Below are positions 1 through 9,316 of a stretch of DNA of 13,843 nucleotides, in pieces. Within the stretch, counting starts at the first letter, position 1. Every line of letters starts with the position of its first letter. Source of the DNA: a virus; the UHGV virus genome UHGV-0253101, one strand, 5' to 3'. The notes under the pieces are model-generated. The model saw nothing but the letters and a program-made list of their open reading frames with translations. It ran no database searches and had not been told where the DNA came from. The position numbers were made by a program, and so were the translations under genes.

Positions 1-138
<138 letters not shown>

Positions 139-142
139 CTAG
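139..142. repeat. CTAG immediately flanking the IS5 end; probable 4-bp target-site duplication
   Basis: IS5 is known to make 4-bp duplications at YTAR targets, and CTAG abuts the inverted repeat. The second copy would lie at the other IS5 end, outside the window. Confidence 0.45.
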
Positions 143-296
143 AATAGGCAGAGCTAAGCTGTTCGTCTAATTTTGACAGACGTTCGTTATCGCAGATTTT
201 ATGTTCGATTGCTGTCGAAGCCTTTTGGCAGTCAAAGCTGGCTGCAAATGCACCCGGCGATGCCACTAACAATGATGCCAGTAGGATATTTTTCAT
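139..296 (-). pseudogene. Small secreted protein gene interrupted by IS5 after about 53 codons
   Basis: The ATG at 296 (complement of 294..296) has a GGAG about 7 nt upstream. It encodes MKNILLASLLVASPGAFA (signal-peptide-like, AFA-AS cleavage site) then SFDCQKASTAIEHKICDNERLSKLDEQL. The reading frame runs into the IS5 inverted repeat at 138 and stops inside IS5 at 111 (tracked ORF 111..323). The N-terminus tentatively resembles LprI/DUF1311-type periplasmic proteins. Confidence 0.5.
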
Positions 297-590
297 ATTC
301 ACTCCATAAATACAAAAGCGCATTACTATAGCACTTAACCGATCGCTTATCTCGCCCGTTCGTCATTCTTATCTAACCAGAACATGCGGCTGCCACAGCA
401 CATGTCGAGGATCGCTGCATGTCCAGTCACCGGTTGCCTCCTTTGCGCAATATCGCATTCAGATATTTGTTTTGATTCACTGATGGAAACGAGTTTCGCT
501 TAAGTAATTCCTCTCTCGATGGCATTGGCTTTACGCGTTGGCGAATAATCATTTCTGCCGGAAGAATGCCGGGATTGTATGCAAGTCCTC

Positions 591-881
591 TCATGATTTA
601 CTCTCAACGAACTGGTCAATAGCCATGCTAAGTGACATACCTAAAGTTTCGATATGCTGCTGAATATCCTGTAGCGTCTGCGCCTGAGATAACAGGATTT
701 CACGGTTGCATAACTCTTTAACCAGATGCTCAAACTTGCTGTAATAACCGATACGACTTAGTGTTTCTTTCCCTGCATTCTCGCCTTCTTTGATAATTCC
801 TCTTTCGCTAAGAATCAGATCGTGTTTGGTTCCGGTAATAACGTATTTTCCGAGGTCGATGTTTAGCTTCATTGTTTTCAT
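591..881 (-). CDS. hypothetical protein (about 97 aa), second gene of a two-gene minus-strand operon
   Basis: Part of tracked ORF 591..1031. The ATG at 881 ([14 protein letters not shown]...) has GAGGAA 8-12 nt upstream. An alternative ATG at 899 ([11 protein letters not shown]) sits 2 nt from the upstream gene's stop in an ATGACTGA arrangement. No recognisable motif. Confidence 0.5.
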   Translation of the reverse strand: MKTMKLNIDLGKYVITGTKHDLILSERGIIKEGENAGKETLSRIGYYSKFEHLVKELCNREILLSQAQTLQDIQQHIETLGMSLSMAIDQFVESKS

Positions 882-891
882 TGTTAATTCC

Positions 892-1185
892 TCAGTCATT
901 ACTGATAGCGCCATAGCGTGAGCGGTAATTACGCAGGCGAGGGTCAATTTCAGGGAAGTGGGTATATGTGGCTTTGCGGAATGGGCGGATTGATGTCTGG
1001 TAAATTCGCTCGCGTTCTTCTTTCTCTGCAAGCCATATACAATGGCGAAATTCCTTTTCCTCTTTCGTTTCCTGCGGTAGCGACATTATCCGGTCGTAGT
1101 TTTTTCTGAATTTATCCAGCACCTCCGATACGGAATTGCCGGAACAGCGGCGCGCGTCATCCTCACCATACAGAGGCGCTGGCAT
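892..1185 (-). CDS. hypothetical protein (97 aa), first gene of the two-gene minus-strand operon
   Basis: Tracked ORF with a strong AGGAGA Shine-Dalgarno 5-6 nt upstream of the ATG (complement of 1183..1185). Charged, Arg/Lys/Glu-rich protein with no recognisable catalytic motif. Confidence 0.55.
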   Translation of the reverse strand: MPAPLYGEDDARRCSGNSVSEVLDKFRKNYDRIMSLPQETKEEKEFRHCIWLAEKEERERIYQTSIRPFRKATYTHFPEIDPRLRNYRSRYGAISND

Positions 1186-1254
1186 GTTTTTCTCCTGATT
1201 AAATTGCGTGAATAGCGTGACGAGGGAAGGGGAGAGTTACTGGTGCAAAGGGTA

Positions 1255-1362
1255 TATATAACGAGCGTGTTCATCGGCTACATCGGTACTGACTCGATAG
1301 GTTCGCTTATCAAACGCTTCGCTGCTAAAAAAGCCGGAGTAGAAGATGGTGGAAATCAATAA
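1255..1362 (+). pseudogene. S: 3' remnant of a lambda-type holin S gene (last ~35 codons only)
   Basis: The frame ending at TAA 1360..1362 translates to ...[35 protein letters not shown], matching the C-terminal tail of lambda S as I recall it, and overlaps the R start as in lambda. An in-frame TAG at 1213..1215 and unrelated sequence upstream of about 1255 exclude a full-length holin. No plus-strand ORF of at least 60 aa ends here in the track. Confidence 0.7.
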
Positions 1363-1822
1363 TCAACGTAAGGCGTTCCTCGATATGCTGGCGTGGTCAG
1401 AGGGAACTGATAACGGACGTCAGAAAACCAGAAATCATGGTTATGACGTCATTGTAGGCGGAGAGCTATTCACTGATTACTCCGATCATCCTCGCAAACT
1501 TGTCACGCTAAACCCCAAACTCAAATCAACAGCAGCCGGGCGCTATCAGCTTCTTTCCCGTTGGTGGGATGCCTATCGTAAGCAGCTTGGTCTGAAAGAC
1601 TTCTCTCCCAAAAGTCAGGACGCTGTGGCATTGCAGCAGATTAAAGAGCGTGGCGCTTTACCGATGATTGACCGCGGTGATATCCGTCAGGCTATCGACC
1701 GTTGCAGCAATATCTGGGCTTCACTGCCGGGCGCTGGTTATGGCCAGTTCGAGCATGAGGCTGACAACCTGATTGCAAAATTCAAAGAGGCTGGCGGAAC
1801 GGTCAGAGAGATTGAGGTATGA
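1346..1822 (+). CDS. R: endolysin, lambda R-type lytic transglycosylase (158 aa)
   Basis: Protein [51 protein letters not shown]... is near-identical to lambda R as recalled. Its start overlaps the S remnant stop. Confidence 0.95.
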   Translation: MVEINNQRKAFLDMLAWSEGTDNGRQKTRNHGYDVIVGGELFTDYSDHPRKLVTLNPKLKSTAAGRYQLLSRWWDAYRKQLGLKDFSPKSQDAVALQQIKERGALPMIDRGDIRQAIDRCSNIWASLPGAGYGQFEHEADNLIAKFKEAGGTVREIEV

Positions 1823-2256
1823 GCAGAGTGACCGCGATTATCTCCGCTCTGGTTATCTGCATCATCGTCTGCCTGTCATGGGCTGTTAATCATTACCGTG
1901 ATAACGCAATCGCCTACAAAGACCAGCGGGATAAAGCCACAACCATCATCGCTGATATGCAGAAGCGTCAACGTGACGTAGCAGAACTCGACGCCAGATA
2001 CACAAAGGAGCTTGCTGATGCTAACGCGACTATCGAAAGTCTCCGTGCTGATGTTTCTGCTGGTCGTAAGCGCCTGCAAGTCGCCGCCACCTGTGCAAAG
2101 TCAACGACCGGAGCCAGCAGCATGGGCGATGGAGAAAGCCCAAGACTTACAGCAGATGCTGAACTCAATTATTACCGTCTCCGAAGTGGAATAGACAGGA
2201 TAACCGCGCAGGTTAACTACCTGCAGGAGTACATCAGGACTCAGTGCCTGAAATAA
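1819..2256 (+). CDS. Rz: spanin inner-membrane subunit Rz (i-spanin), 145 aa
   Basis: ATGA overlap with the R stop. N-terminus [31 protein letters not shown] is a transmembrane segment, followed by a coiled-coil-like region as in lambda Rz. Confidence 0.9.
   Translation: MSRVTAIISALVICIIVCLSWAVNHYRDNAIAYKDQRDKATTIIADMQKRQRDVAELDARYTKELADANATIESLRADVSAGRKRLQVAATCAKSTTGASSMGDGESPRLTADAELNYYRLRSGIDRITAQVNYLQEYIRTQCLK
2012..2194 (+). CDS. Rz1: spanin outer-membrane lipoprotein subunit Rz1 (o-spanin), embedded in Rz in the +1 frame
   Basis: 60-aa ORF wholly inside Rz. Lipobox-like LLVVSAC followed by a proline-rich stretch ([16 protein letters not shown]), the architecture of lambda Rz1. Confidence 0.8.
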   Translation: MLMLTRLSKVSVLMFLLVVSACKSPPPVQSQRPEPAAWAMEKAQDLQQMLNSIITVSEVE

Positions 2257-2287
2257 TTTTTTTGCAAATCACAAAGTCCATTTAATG

Positions 2288-2311
2288 AGCCTCGCGATGC
2301 GGGGCTTTTTT
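2288..2311 (+). terminator. rho-independent terminator-like hairpin downstream of Rz
   Basis: agcctcgc-gat-gcggggct forms an 8-bp stem (one G-U pair) with a 3-nt loop, followed by a T tract. Confidence 0.5.
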
Positions 2312-2458
2312 ATGTCCGCAGTAAACGCGCTTCACACGCGCGACTTATGAACACAGAACCTTTCAGGATGACCCTTGAGGATGCCGGTTTGGTGATCGGT
2401 ACCTTTCTGTGGGCCGGAATCCTGTGTGACAAGGTTCATCACTAAAAGGTAATTACTG

Positions 2459-2989
2459 ATGAAGTACCCAACAGTTATTGTCAATGGTGTGTCCGTTCGT
2501 GTTGATGAGGATGGACGCTACAACTTAAACGATCTCCATGCAGCAGCAGTTGCAAATGGAGAGGCTACAGAGCAACAGCGCCCAAGCCAGTTTTTGCGTA
2601 GCGCGCAGATAAAACGCTTCATCAAAGCACTGGAGGCCAAAGTGCAAAAAAGCACTTTGGAACAAATTCAACCACTTAAAATAATCAAAGGTGGTGCAGA
2701 ACCAGGTGTGTGGGGTGTTGAACTTCTGGCAATCAGATATGCAGCATGGATTAAGCCGGAATTTGAAATCGAAGTTTATGAAGTTTTCAAAACGGTTGTC
2801 CGTCTCGGCGTTGGCGCAATGTCCCGTCTGAATAGAATCGATCACATCATCAATACTGAAACCAAAGCGATAAGCCAGTGCGCAAGACAAATGGCTAAGT
2901 GGGGTGTTGGTGGGCGAAAAAGATTGCTTCATGTTGCACGTGAGAGAGCGGCAAATGAAGTGCAAATGTATTTGCCCGGGATGGTGTGA
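2459..2989 (+). CDS. KilA-N domain protein (176 aa), putative antirepressor or DNA-binding accessory protein
   Basis: AAGG ribosome-binding site before the ATG. N-terminal half (IVNGVSVRVDEDGRYNLNDLHAAA ... GVWGVELLAIRYAAWIKPEFEIEVYEVF) follows the KilA-N pattern of an N-terminal beta-rich segment then a conserved W-x-LA-x-YA-x-W-x-P-x-F block. C-terminal half has no recognised motif. Confidence 0.7.
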   Translation: MKYPTVIVNGVSVRVDEDGRYNLNDLHAAAVANGEATEQQRPSQFLRSAQIKRFIKALEAKVQKSTLEQIQPLKIIKGGAEPGVWGVELLAIRYAAWIKPEFEIEVYEVFKTVVRLGVGAMSRLNRIDHIINTETKAISQCARQMAKWGVGGRKRLLHVARERAANEVQMYLPGMV

Positions 2990-3094
2990 TTTCGCAGGTT
3001 AATCCGAGCAGTCCTTCAGTGAGGCTGCAATAATGCTTTATTCGTATGAAGACGAAGGGTAATCTGTAGACTCTGATTATCTAATGGAAGGTTT

Positions 3095-3301
3095 ATGATG
3101 GACAATTATTTTAAATCTGGCGATAACCGAGTATCTGATTCTGAGCACCAGCGTTTAGTGGCTACCAAAGCAGCTCTTGAAATTATCAAGGCCGCCGTAT
3201 CTGCCCCTACCCATGCGAAAAACGTGTCTTATGATTTGGAGGAGGCAATAAAATATCTTCCACGGTTGACTGATGCTATTCAGGAAACGATTGGCAAATA
3301 G
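3095..3301 (+). CDS. hypothetical small protein (68 aa)
   Basis: GGAAGG ribosome-binding site about 5 nt upstream of the ATG. Predicted helical and hydrophilic. Lies in a visibly AT-rich stretch. Confidence 0.45.
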   Translation: MMDNYFKSGDNRVSDSEHQRLVATKAALEIIKAAVSAPTHAKNVSYDLEEAIKYLPRLTDAIQETIGK

Positions 3302-3353
3302 CATTTGATTTTAGTTTTATTATCTCACCTTAAATATGAGTGAGATTAATACA

Positions 3354-3377
3354 AAGCTACCTACGAGTAGCTTTTTA
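3354..3377 (+). terminator. possible rho-independent terminator after the 68-aa ORF
   Basis: aagctac ... gtagctt inverted repeat (7-bp stem, 6-nt loop) followed by tttt. Confidence 0.4.
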
Positions 3378-3441
3378 ATGGCTTATACCTTACACGGGAT
3401 AACTTAACTGATATCCCCACAAGCGGATAAAGAGATTCTCA

Positions 3442-3567
3442 ATGTCCAACATCTACCAAATCACGTTAACCACCCAAACAGGCGAAACCGTTACGAGCAA
3501 GACGTCACGATTTCAGCATGAGTTGGTTAACGGCTTTGTGCCGCTTGTGATCGAGACGGGAGAGTGA
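3442..3567 (+). CDS. very small ORF (41 aa), speculative
   Basis: ATG...TGA encoding MSNIYQITLTTQTGETVTSKTSRFQHELVNGFVPLVIETGE with only a weak AAGAG upstream. The frame stays open for about 21 more codons past the TGA, so it may be a nonsense-interrupted longer gene. Confidence 0.2.
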   Translation: MSNIYQITLTTQTGETVTSKTSRFQHELVNGFVPLVIETGE

Positions 3568-3697
3568 CTGTATTTCTCTCCCGACAATGTGAAGCGCATA
3601 CAGTTCACGCCAGAATTGAATGATGAAGCGTGATAAGTGGCTATTTTGTGGTATAGGTTTATGCGCTAAAACAATCAATTAGCTCAGTCAATGATCT

Positions 3698-4222
3698 CTA
3701 TTGTCCTGCAACTTGTTTAGTGAGTCTTAGGATGATGCTGCCAAGAATAGCTATGAATTTTTCACGATTATTGGCATCTGGACGGTTAAGATTCAGCTCA
3801 ATGTCTCCAACTTTTATGCCGAATCTTGCTGAGTTAATGAGATCTTCCTGACCACCTCGGCTAATAAATGTTCGTAATGATTCAATTTCTGCGTCAGTTA
3901 TTTCCGGGTTGTCTATTTGATGAGAGCGAACATTTCTTATTCTATTTAGGCGTTTAAGTTCTGCGACGGAGTGTTCATTTAGGCCGAGGTTGGCAGCTAG
4001 CTGAATTTTTGCGGCATAGGTCATGGTTAAGTTTTCACCAAATCCATCAAATAGATTTTGGTTACCTACAGCGGCGCAACAAAATGCCTCAATCATTGCT
4101 TCTGTAATCAGATGTACTCTTAAAACCAAACCAATATCATCTTCAGTATTTACTAACCTTTCAATTCGTTGCCAAGTTGCTTCGTTCATTATGAACTTTG
4201 ATTCAAAAATTTCAGGATTCAT
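3698..4222 (-). CDS. HEPN-like protein (174 aa); candidate abortive-infection or toxin-type defence gene
   Basis: Tracked ORF antisense to the late operon. An R-N-V-R-S-H motif (Rx4H, residues 96-101, coded at 3920..3937) fits the HEPN Rx4-6H ribonuclease signature, in a predicted all-helical protein. Visibly AT-rich compared with the flanking terminase gene. AGGT about 6 nt upstream of the ATG. Confidence 0.6.
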   Translation of the reverse strand: MNPEIFESKFIMNEATWQRIERLVNTEDDIGLVLRVHLITEAMIEAFCCAAVGNQNLFDGFGENLTMTYAAKIQLAANLGLNEHSVAELKRLNRIRNVRSHQIDNPEITDAEIESLRTFISRGGQEDLINSARFGIKVGDIELNLNRPDANNREKFIAILGSIILRLTKQVAGQ

Positions 4223-4249
4223 TTATTTACCTTATCAGCAGGGGAAAAT

Positions 4250-4777
4250 ATGGCGCTCACTGACAAACAAGAAATGTTCTGTCGCGAGTACCTCATCGAT
4301 TTAAACGCCACGCAAGCGGCTATTCGGGCGGGGTACAGCGCAAAAACAGCCAACCGTACTGCGTCCGAAAACATGTCAAAACCTGACATACAACTCAGAA
4401 TCTCCGAATTGAAAGCACAACGCAATGACTCTGTTGGAATAAATGCAGAATATGTACTTAATCGCCTTATTGAAATCGACCAGATGGATGTGCTCGACAT
4501 TCTCCTGCAAAACGGTGAGTTAAAGCCCATTAAAGACTGGCCTAAGGTATGGCGCACAACGTTATCAGGAATGGATGTTGTGGAGATGGTATCCGCAGAT
4601 AGTGCAGCACTCCTGAAGAAAATCAAATGGCCTGATAAGGTTAAAAACCTCGAACTTCTTGGTAAGCATGTTTCTGTTCAGGCGTTTAAAGAACAAGCTT
4701 CTCACGAACTAACAGGCAAAGACGGCGGCGCAATCCAGATTGAAACATCACCGATGAGCACTCTATTCGGAAAATGA
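4250..4777 (+). CDS. terminase small subunit (175 aa), Terminase_2-like N-terminal DNA-binding domain
   Basis: N-terminus MALTDKQEMFCREYLIDLNATQAAIRAGYS is the characteristic small-terminase helix-turn-helix signature. ATGA overlap with the large terminase start. Confidence 0.9.
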   Translation: MALTDKQEMFCREYLIDLNATQAAIRAGYSAKTANRTASENMSKPDIQLRISELKAQRNDSVGINAEYVLNRLIEIDQMDVLDILLQNGELKPIKDWPKVWRTTLSGMDVVEMVSADSAALLKKIKWPDKVKNLELLGKHVSVQAFKEQASHELTGKDGGAIQIETSPMSTLFGK

Positions 4778-6099
4778 CCTCGATTAATCCTATCTTTGAA
4801 CCGTTCATTGAGGCGCATCGCTACAAAGTCGCCAAAGGCGGTCGAGGTAGCGGTAAGTCATGGGCAATTGCGAGGCTTCTTGTTGAAGCGGCGCGTCGGC
4901 AGCCTGTGCGTATTCTTTGCGCTCGTGAGCTGCAAAACAGTATCAGCGATTCGGTAATCCGGTTGCTTGAAGACACCATCGAGCGTGAAGGATATTCGGC
5001 TGAGTTTGAAATTCAGCGTTCCATGATTCGTCATCTCGGAACGAATGCTGAATTCATGTTCTACGGCATCAAAAACAACCCGACGAAGATTAAATCGCTC
5101 GAAGGCATTGATATCTGTTGGGTGGAAGAAGCTGAAGCGGTAACGAAGGAATCATGGGATATCCTGATACCAACCATCCGCAAGCCATTTTCCGAAATAT
5201 GGGTGAGCTTCAACCCGAAGAACATACTCGACGATACCTATCAGCGGTTCGTCGTAAATCCTCCTGATGATATTTGCCTGCTGACGGTGAACTACACCGA
5301 CAACCCGCACTTTCCTGAAGTTCTCCGTCTGGAGATGGAAGAGTGCAAACGCAGAAATCCGACACTGTATCGTCACATCTGGCTTGGTGAGCCAGTAAGC
5401 GCAAGTGATATGGCAATCATCAAACGTGAATGGCTTGAAGCCGCAACCGATGCGCACAAGAAACTCGGATGGAAAGCGAAAGGCGCTGTTGTCTCTGCGC
5501 ATGACCCGTCAGATACAGGGCCGGATGCTAAAGGTTATGCATCGCGTCACGGTTCGGTTGTTAAGCGCATTGCCGAAGGTCTGCTGATGGACATCAATGA
5601 AGGTGCTGACTGGGCAACTTCGCTGGCGATTGAAGACGGTGCTGACCATTACCTGTGGGATGGTGATGGTGTTGGTGCTGGCCTACGCAGACAGACAACG
5701 GAAGCGTTCTCCGGCAAGAAAATCACCGCCACGATGTTCAAGGGCAGTGAATCGCCATTCGATGAAGATGCGCCGTATCAGGCCGGAGCATGGGCTGATG
5801 AAGTCGTACAGGGCGACAACGTTCGCACTATTGGTGATGTGTTCCGCAATAAGCGAGCGCAATTCTATTACGCGCTGGCTGACAGGCTGTATCTGACATA
5901 TCGGGCGGTTGTTTACGGTGAGTATGCAGACCCCGACGACATGCTGAGTTTCGACAAAGAAGCGATAGGCGAGAAGATGCTGGAGAAGCTGTTTGCAGAA
6001 CTGACGCAGATTCAGCGCAAATTCAATAACAACGGGAAGCTGGAGCTAATGACTAAGGTCGAAATGAAGCAGAAGCTCGGTATTCCATCTCCTACGTGA
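4774..6099 (+). CDS. terminase large subunit (441 aa), probably C-terminally truncated
   Basis: Walker [10 protein letters not shown] near the N-terminus, then a nuclease-domain-like C-terminal half. Ends ...[10 protein letters not shown]-stop, whereas homologues as I recall them continue with an SP-D/N-L-ADAL segment. Confidence 0.9.
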   Translation: MTSINPIFEPFIEAHRYKVAKGGRGSGKSWAIARLLVEAARRQPVRILCARELQNSISDSVIRLLEDTIEREGYSAEFEIQRSMIRHLGTNAEFMFYGIKNNPTKIKSLEGIDICWVEEAEAVTKESWDILIPTIRKPFSEIWVSFNPKNILDDTYQRFVVNPPDDICLLTVNYTDNPHFPEVLRLEMEECKRRNPTLYRHIWLGEPVSASDMAIIKREWLEAATDAHKKLGWKAKGAVVSAHDPSDTGPDAKGYASRHGSVVKRIAEGLLMDINEGADWATSLAIEDGADHYLWDGDGVGAGLRRQTTEAFSGKKITATMFKGSESPFDEDAPYQAGAWADEVVQGDNVRTIGDVFRNKRAQFYYALADRLYLTYRAVVYGEYADPDDMLSFDKEAIGEKMLEKLFAELTQIQRKFNNNGKLELMTKVEMKQKLGIPSPT

Positions 6100-6100
6100 G

Positions 6101-7456
6101 GTGAATAAATGCCGATTGTTGGCTGGTATCGGTGGTGTCAACTCAAACGCTCCGAGCGTAAATGACATCGGCAATACGCTTCAGCTTATCAGGCAGAACA
6201 ATGATATTGAGCGTTCAGGCGCTAACAATGTTGGGCTGACTGCTTTGCAAGGCCTTTCAGGTATTGCGGGTGTTTTTCAGCAGGAAAAGCAGGCTCAGCG
6301 GCAGAAAGAATTTCAGCAGGCATACGCTAAAGCTTATGCGTCTGGTGATCGCGGTGCTTTGCGTCAGTTGGCTACTCAATATCCAGACCAGATTGAATCT
6401 GTTCGTAAAGGCATGGGATTCATTGATGAAGACCAGCGTAATTCTATCGGCACCTTAGCGGCTGGCGCACGCCTTGCGTCATCGTCTCCAGAAGCAATGC
6501 AATCATGGCTGCAAAACAACGCCAAGGAACTGACTCGCGTCGGTGTTGACCCTAACAGCGTTGCTCAGATGTATCAGCAGAATCCTTCAGGATTTGGTGA
6601 GTTTGTTGATCACCTTGGGATGGCTGCGCTTGGTCCGATTGATTACTTCAATGTTCAGGACAAGATAGCTGGTCGTGAGATTGACCGAGGCAGACTGGCA
6701 GAGACAATCCGCAGCAATCAGGCTGGCGAGGCGCTAACAGCGCGTGGTCAGAATATCACGATGCGCGGTCAGGATTTATCGATGCAGAGAGCATCAATGA
6801 AAGGGGCGGTTGGGAATAATGAGCGTACAGTTCAGTTAGCAGATGGCAGAACTGTAACGGTAGGCGGGAAGCTTCACGGCGCTGGGGCTAATGCGTTCTA
6901 CGAAGGTATCGACAACGAGGGGAATATGGTTCGCGTTCCTGCTGGTTCTATTGCCGCTCCGGCTACATCGGCAGCAAGCGCGCAGAATTACGCAATGAAG
7001 AAAGATCTTGATGCAATTTCTGGTGCATCAATTGACGATCTTGGCTTCATGACTGGCATTACAGGCTCTTCAGGTTCTCCTGCTCTTGGTGCAGATATTC
7101 GTAGCCGTGCATCTGGTGGTGATCAGAGGAAACTATACAACGCTGCACAGCGAATCCAAGGAAAGATGCAGAATCAGGGCATTGCAGCAGCCAGAGACAT
7201 GGGGGCATCCGGTATCAACACCGTTGCAGAAGCAAAGATGTATTTTCAAGGTATGCCACAGGTTGATTTCTCAAGCCCTGAAGCACTGCAACAATCAATG
7301 CGCGACATTCAGCAATATACCGACAATTACAACCAGCAATATAACGTTAATGTCGGTAATGGCGGGAAGAAATCATCAAGGCAACAGCCAGCTACTCAGC
7401 AATCAGCAGGAGGTAGCTACACGTCAAAATCAGGCATTCAATTTACGGTGGAATGA
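6101..7456 (+). CDS. putative DNA-ejection (injection) protein, P22 gp20-like (451 aa), N-terminus uncertain
   Basis: Starts at a GTG one nucleotide after the terminase stop. Gln/Ala/Gly-rich with no catalytic motif. Size and position (second-to-last late gene before the immI-like region) match P22 gene 20 (about 471 aa). Confidence 0.5.
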   Translation: MNKCRLLAGIGGVNSNAPSVNDIGNTLQLIRQNNDIERSGANNVGLTALQGLSGIAGVFQQEKQAQRQKEFQQAYAKAYASGDRGALRQLATQYPDQIESVRKGMGFIDEDQRNSIGTLAAGARLASSSPEAMQSWLQNNAKELTRVGVDPNSVAQMYQQNPSGFGEFVDHLGMAALGPIDYFNVQDKIAGREIDRGRLAETIRSNQAGEALTARGQNITMRGQDLSMQRASMKGAVGNNERTVQLADGRTVTVGGKLHGAGANAFYEGIDNEGNMVRVPAGSIAAPATSAASAQNYAMKKDLDAISGASIDDLGFMTGITGSSGSPALGADIRSRASGGDQRKLYNAAQRIQGKMQNQGIAAARDMGASGINTVAEAKMYFQGMPQVDFSSPEALQQSMRDIQQYTDNYNQQYNVNVGNGGKKSSRQQPATQQSAGGSYTSKSGIQFTVE

Positions 7457-9294
7457 TGAAAGTAACTGCAAACGGTAAGACATTTACCTTCCCTGATGGT
7501 ACGAGCACGGAAGATATTGGCACCGCCATTGATGAGTATTTTGCTGGTCAGGCTGTTCAGCAACAAACAGTTAATCAGGCCAATAATGCACCAACACGGG
7601 AAGAACCATCATTGATGCAACAAGCTGGCGATTGGCTCACTGGTGGTCAAAGTGCAGGGCAAATTGCAGAACAGGCTGGTCGTGGTCTGGTAAACATACC
7701 ATTTGACGTATTACAGGGCGGCGCAAGTCTGATTAATGCAATCAGTCAGGGGCTTGGTGGCCCCAAGGTTTTGGATGATGTTTATCGTCCAGTAGACAGA
7801 CCGACAGACCCCTACGCTCAAGCTGGAGAAACAATTGGCGGGTATTTAGTTCCAGGAGTTGGAACGGCAGGAAGCATGGCTATTGGATCACTGGCAGAGG
7901 CCGCAAATCAGAAAGGTGATTTCGCACAAAATGCAGCTAAAAATGCCGGAGTTAACCTTGCCGCTCAGGGTGTTCTTTCCGCAGCAGCAAAGGGAATAGG
8001 GCGTGGAATAACGGCTATAAAAGGTGATATTGCGCCAGAAGTGGCAAAGAAAATTGCCACATCAGAATCGATGGGCGTGACACCAATGACATCTGATGTT
8101 ATCCCGCCGAAAAATGCTTTCACTCGCGGACTTACTCAGGATGCTGAGGGGGCTTTGCTCGGGACAGGCTCAAAGCGAGCGGAGCAATATGCAACGCGTA
8201 GTAAGCTGGTAAGCAATTATTTTGACCGTTTTGGTGAGTACAACCCTGATGATGTGGTGAGATCTCTGACCACCACGTTAAGGGGACGGAAGGATGCCGC
8301 TGGCGCTGTTATCAATGACGTCACCAATAAAATGGGTAATGCCGCAGTTGATACCACAAATACCATGAATGCTCTGAATACAGCGATCGCAAGACAGGAA
8401 CGGCTTGGGACTTCTGCCAATCAAAACCTGCTTACATCCTTGCGTAACCTACGTGAAGAATTAGCAAACCCTGCAACTGATTTGGATGTTACGTTTGATC
8501 TCTTGCGCCAGCACAGAACAGCATTTAGATCTAATGTTCAGGGAGATGCCATGGTCTTCCCCAACCAGGCAAAAGCAGCTACCAATATGGTAGAGAATGC
8601 AATGTCAAAAGACCTTCGTAACGCAGTTGCCAAAAACCTCGGTGCTTCAGACGCAGCAAAATACCTTAAAGCAAATTCCGATTATGCAAACGTTTATAAT
8701 AAGGTGCTTAATAAAAACATTGCTAACAAGCTCAACAAGGCAAGCAGTGAAGCCAGTCCTGAACTTATAAATACTGTTGTATTAAGCAGAAAACCATCTG
8801 ACGTGAAACGAATCTGGAGCGCATTGGATGATAAAGGGAAAGATGCTATGCGTGCAGCTTACGTCAGCAAAATAGCGGAAAAGGCCGGTGACTCTCCAGC
8901 CAAGTTCATCACGGAAGTTAATAAGCTGAAATCTCAGTCAGGCGGTGAAATTTACAACACTATTTTTTCTGGAAAGCACATGAAAGAACTTGATGCTCTT
9001 CATGAAGTTCTACAGCAAGCAGCAAGATCAGACACCGCAAATGTAGTAACTCAGACGGGGCAATCGCAAGCCAACAGGATAAGGACGATTGGCGCAACTA
9101 CGACTCTTGGCGTATCAATGGGGCTTGAGGCTGGTTTCGGTGCAATGATGCGCTTGTATGAATCCAAAGCAGCAAGGAATGCGCTCTTACGTCTGGCAAA
9201 CACTAAAGCTGGAACGCCAGCTTATGAAAGAGCGCTAAATCAGGCGGCTACTGCCGTGCGCCCGCTCTTAGTTAACGAAGCTACCCGGCAGTAG
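7453..9294 (+). CDS. putative DNA-ejection (injection) protein, P22 gp16-like (613 aa)
   Basis: ATGA start/stop overlap with the upstream gene. N-terminus [31 protein letters not shown] resembles prophage DNA-transfer proteins as I recall them. Size (613 vs about 609 aa) and position match P22 gene 16. Confidence 0.55.
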   Translation: MMKVTANGKTFTFPDGTSTEDIGTAIDEYFAGQAVQQQTVNQANNAPTREEPSLMQQAGDWLTGGQSAGQIAEQAGRGLVNIPFDVLQGGASLINAISQGLGGPKVLDDVYRPVDRPTDPYAQAGETIGGYLVPGVGTAGSMAIGSLAEAANQKGDFAQNAAKNAGVNLAAQGVLSAAAKGIGRGITAIKGDIAPEVAKKIATSESMGVTPMTSDVIPPKNAFTRGLTQDAEGALLGTGSKRAEQYATRSKLVSNYFDRFGEYNPDDVVRSLTTTLRGRKDAAGAVINDVTNKMGNAAVDTTNTMNALNTAIARQERLGTSANQNLLTSLRNLREELANPATDLDVTFDLLRQHRTAFRSNVQGDAMVFPNQAKAATNMVENAMSKDLRNAVAKNLGASDAAKYLKANSDYANVYNKVLNKNIANKLNKASSEASPELINTVVLSRKPSDVKRIWSALDDKGKDAMRAAYVSKIAEKAGDSPAKFITEVNKLKSQSGGEIYNTIFSGKHMKELDALHEVLQQAARSDTANVVTQTGQSQANRIRTIGATTTLGVSMGLEAGFGAMMRLYESKAARNALLRLANTKAGTPAYERALNQAATAVRPLLVNEATRQ

Positions 9295-9316
9295 CACTGT
9301 AAGCCAAGGACGGCAT

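Noticed and set aside
918-1274. Tracked ORFs 918..1109 (+) and 1086..1274 (-)
   Set aside because: They overlap the better-supported 892..1185 minus-strand gene with its strong Shine-Dalgarno site, and have no start signals of their own.
1876-2168. Two minus-strand ORFs inside Rz
   Set aside because: Antisense to the Rz/Rz1 coding region. The genuine embedded gene there is Rz1 on the plus strand.
2347-2445. 32-aa ORF with a hydrophobic core (MNTEPFRMTLEDAGLVIGTFLWAGILCDKVHH) between Rz and the KilA-N gene
   Set aside because: No Shine-Dalgarno sequence and very short. It could be a small membrane peptide, but the evidence is too weak to call.
2525-2965. 146-aa minus-strand ORF
   Set aside because: Entirely antisense to the KilA-N gene, which has a recognisable domain and a ribosome-binding site. 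Cys-rich, odd composition typical of a shadow ORF.
4023-4626. Tracked ORFs 4023..4304 (+) and 4219..4626 (-)
   Set aside because: They overlap the HEPN-like gene and small terminase gene in alternative frames or antisense. Both real genes have better signals.
5152-5896. Four tracked ORFs inside the large terminase gene
   Set aside because: Alternative-frame or antisense ORFs within a gene that has a clear Walker A motif and terminase architecture. Arg-rich frame artefacts.
6264-8420. Tracked ORFs 6264..6458, 7086..7478 and 8217..8420 inside the ejection-protein genes
   Set aside because: Nested in alternative frames or antisense to long ORFs with overlapping start/stop coupling. No independent support.
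6101-9294. Whether the 451-aa and 613-aa proteins are portal and coat proteins rather than ejection proteins
   Set aside because: Sizes do not fit a P22-type portal (over 700 aa) or coat (about 430 aa). The Gln/Ala/Gly-rich composition and the position just upstream of the mnt and tailspike region fit genes 20 and 16. Not verified by alignment.
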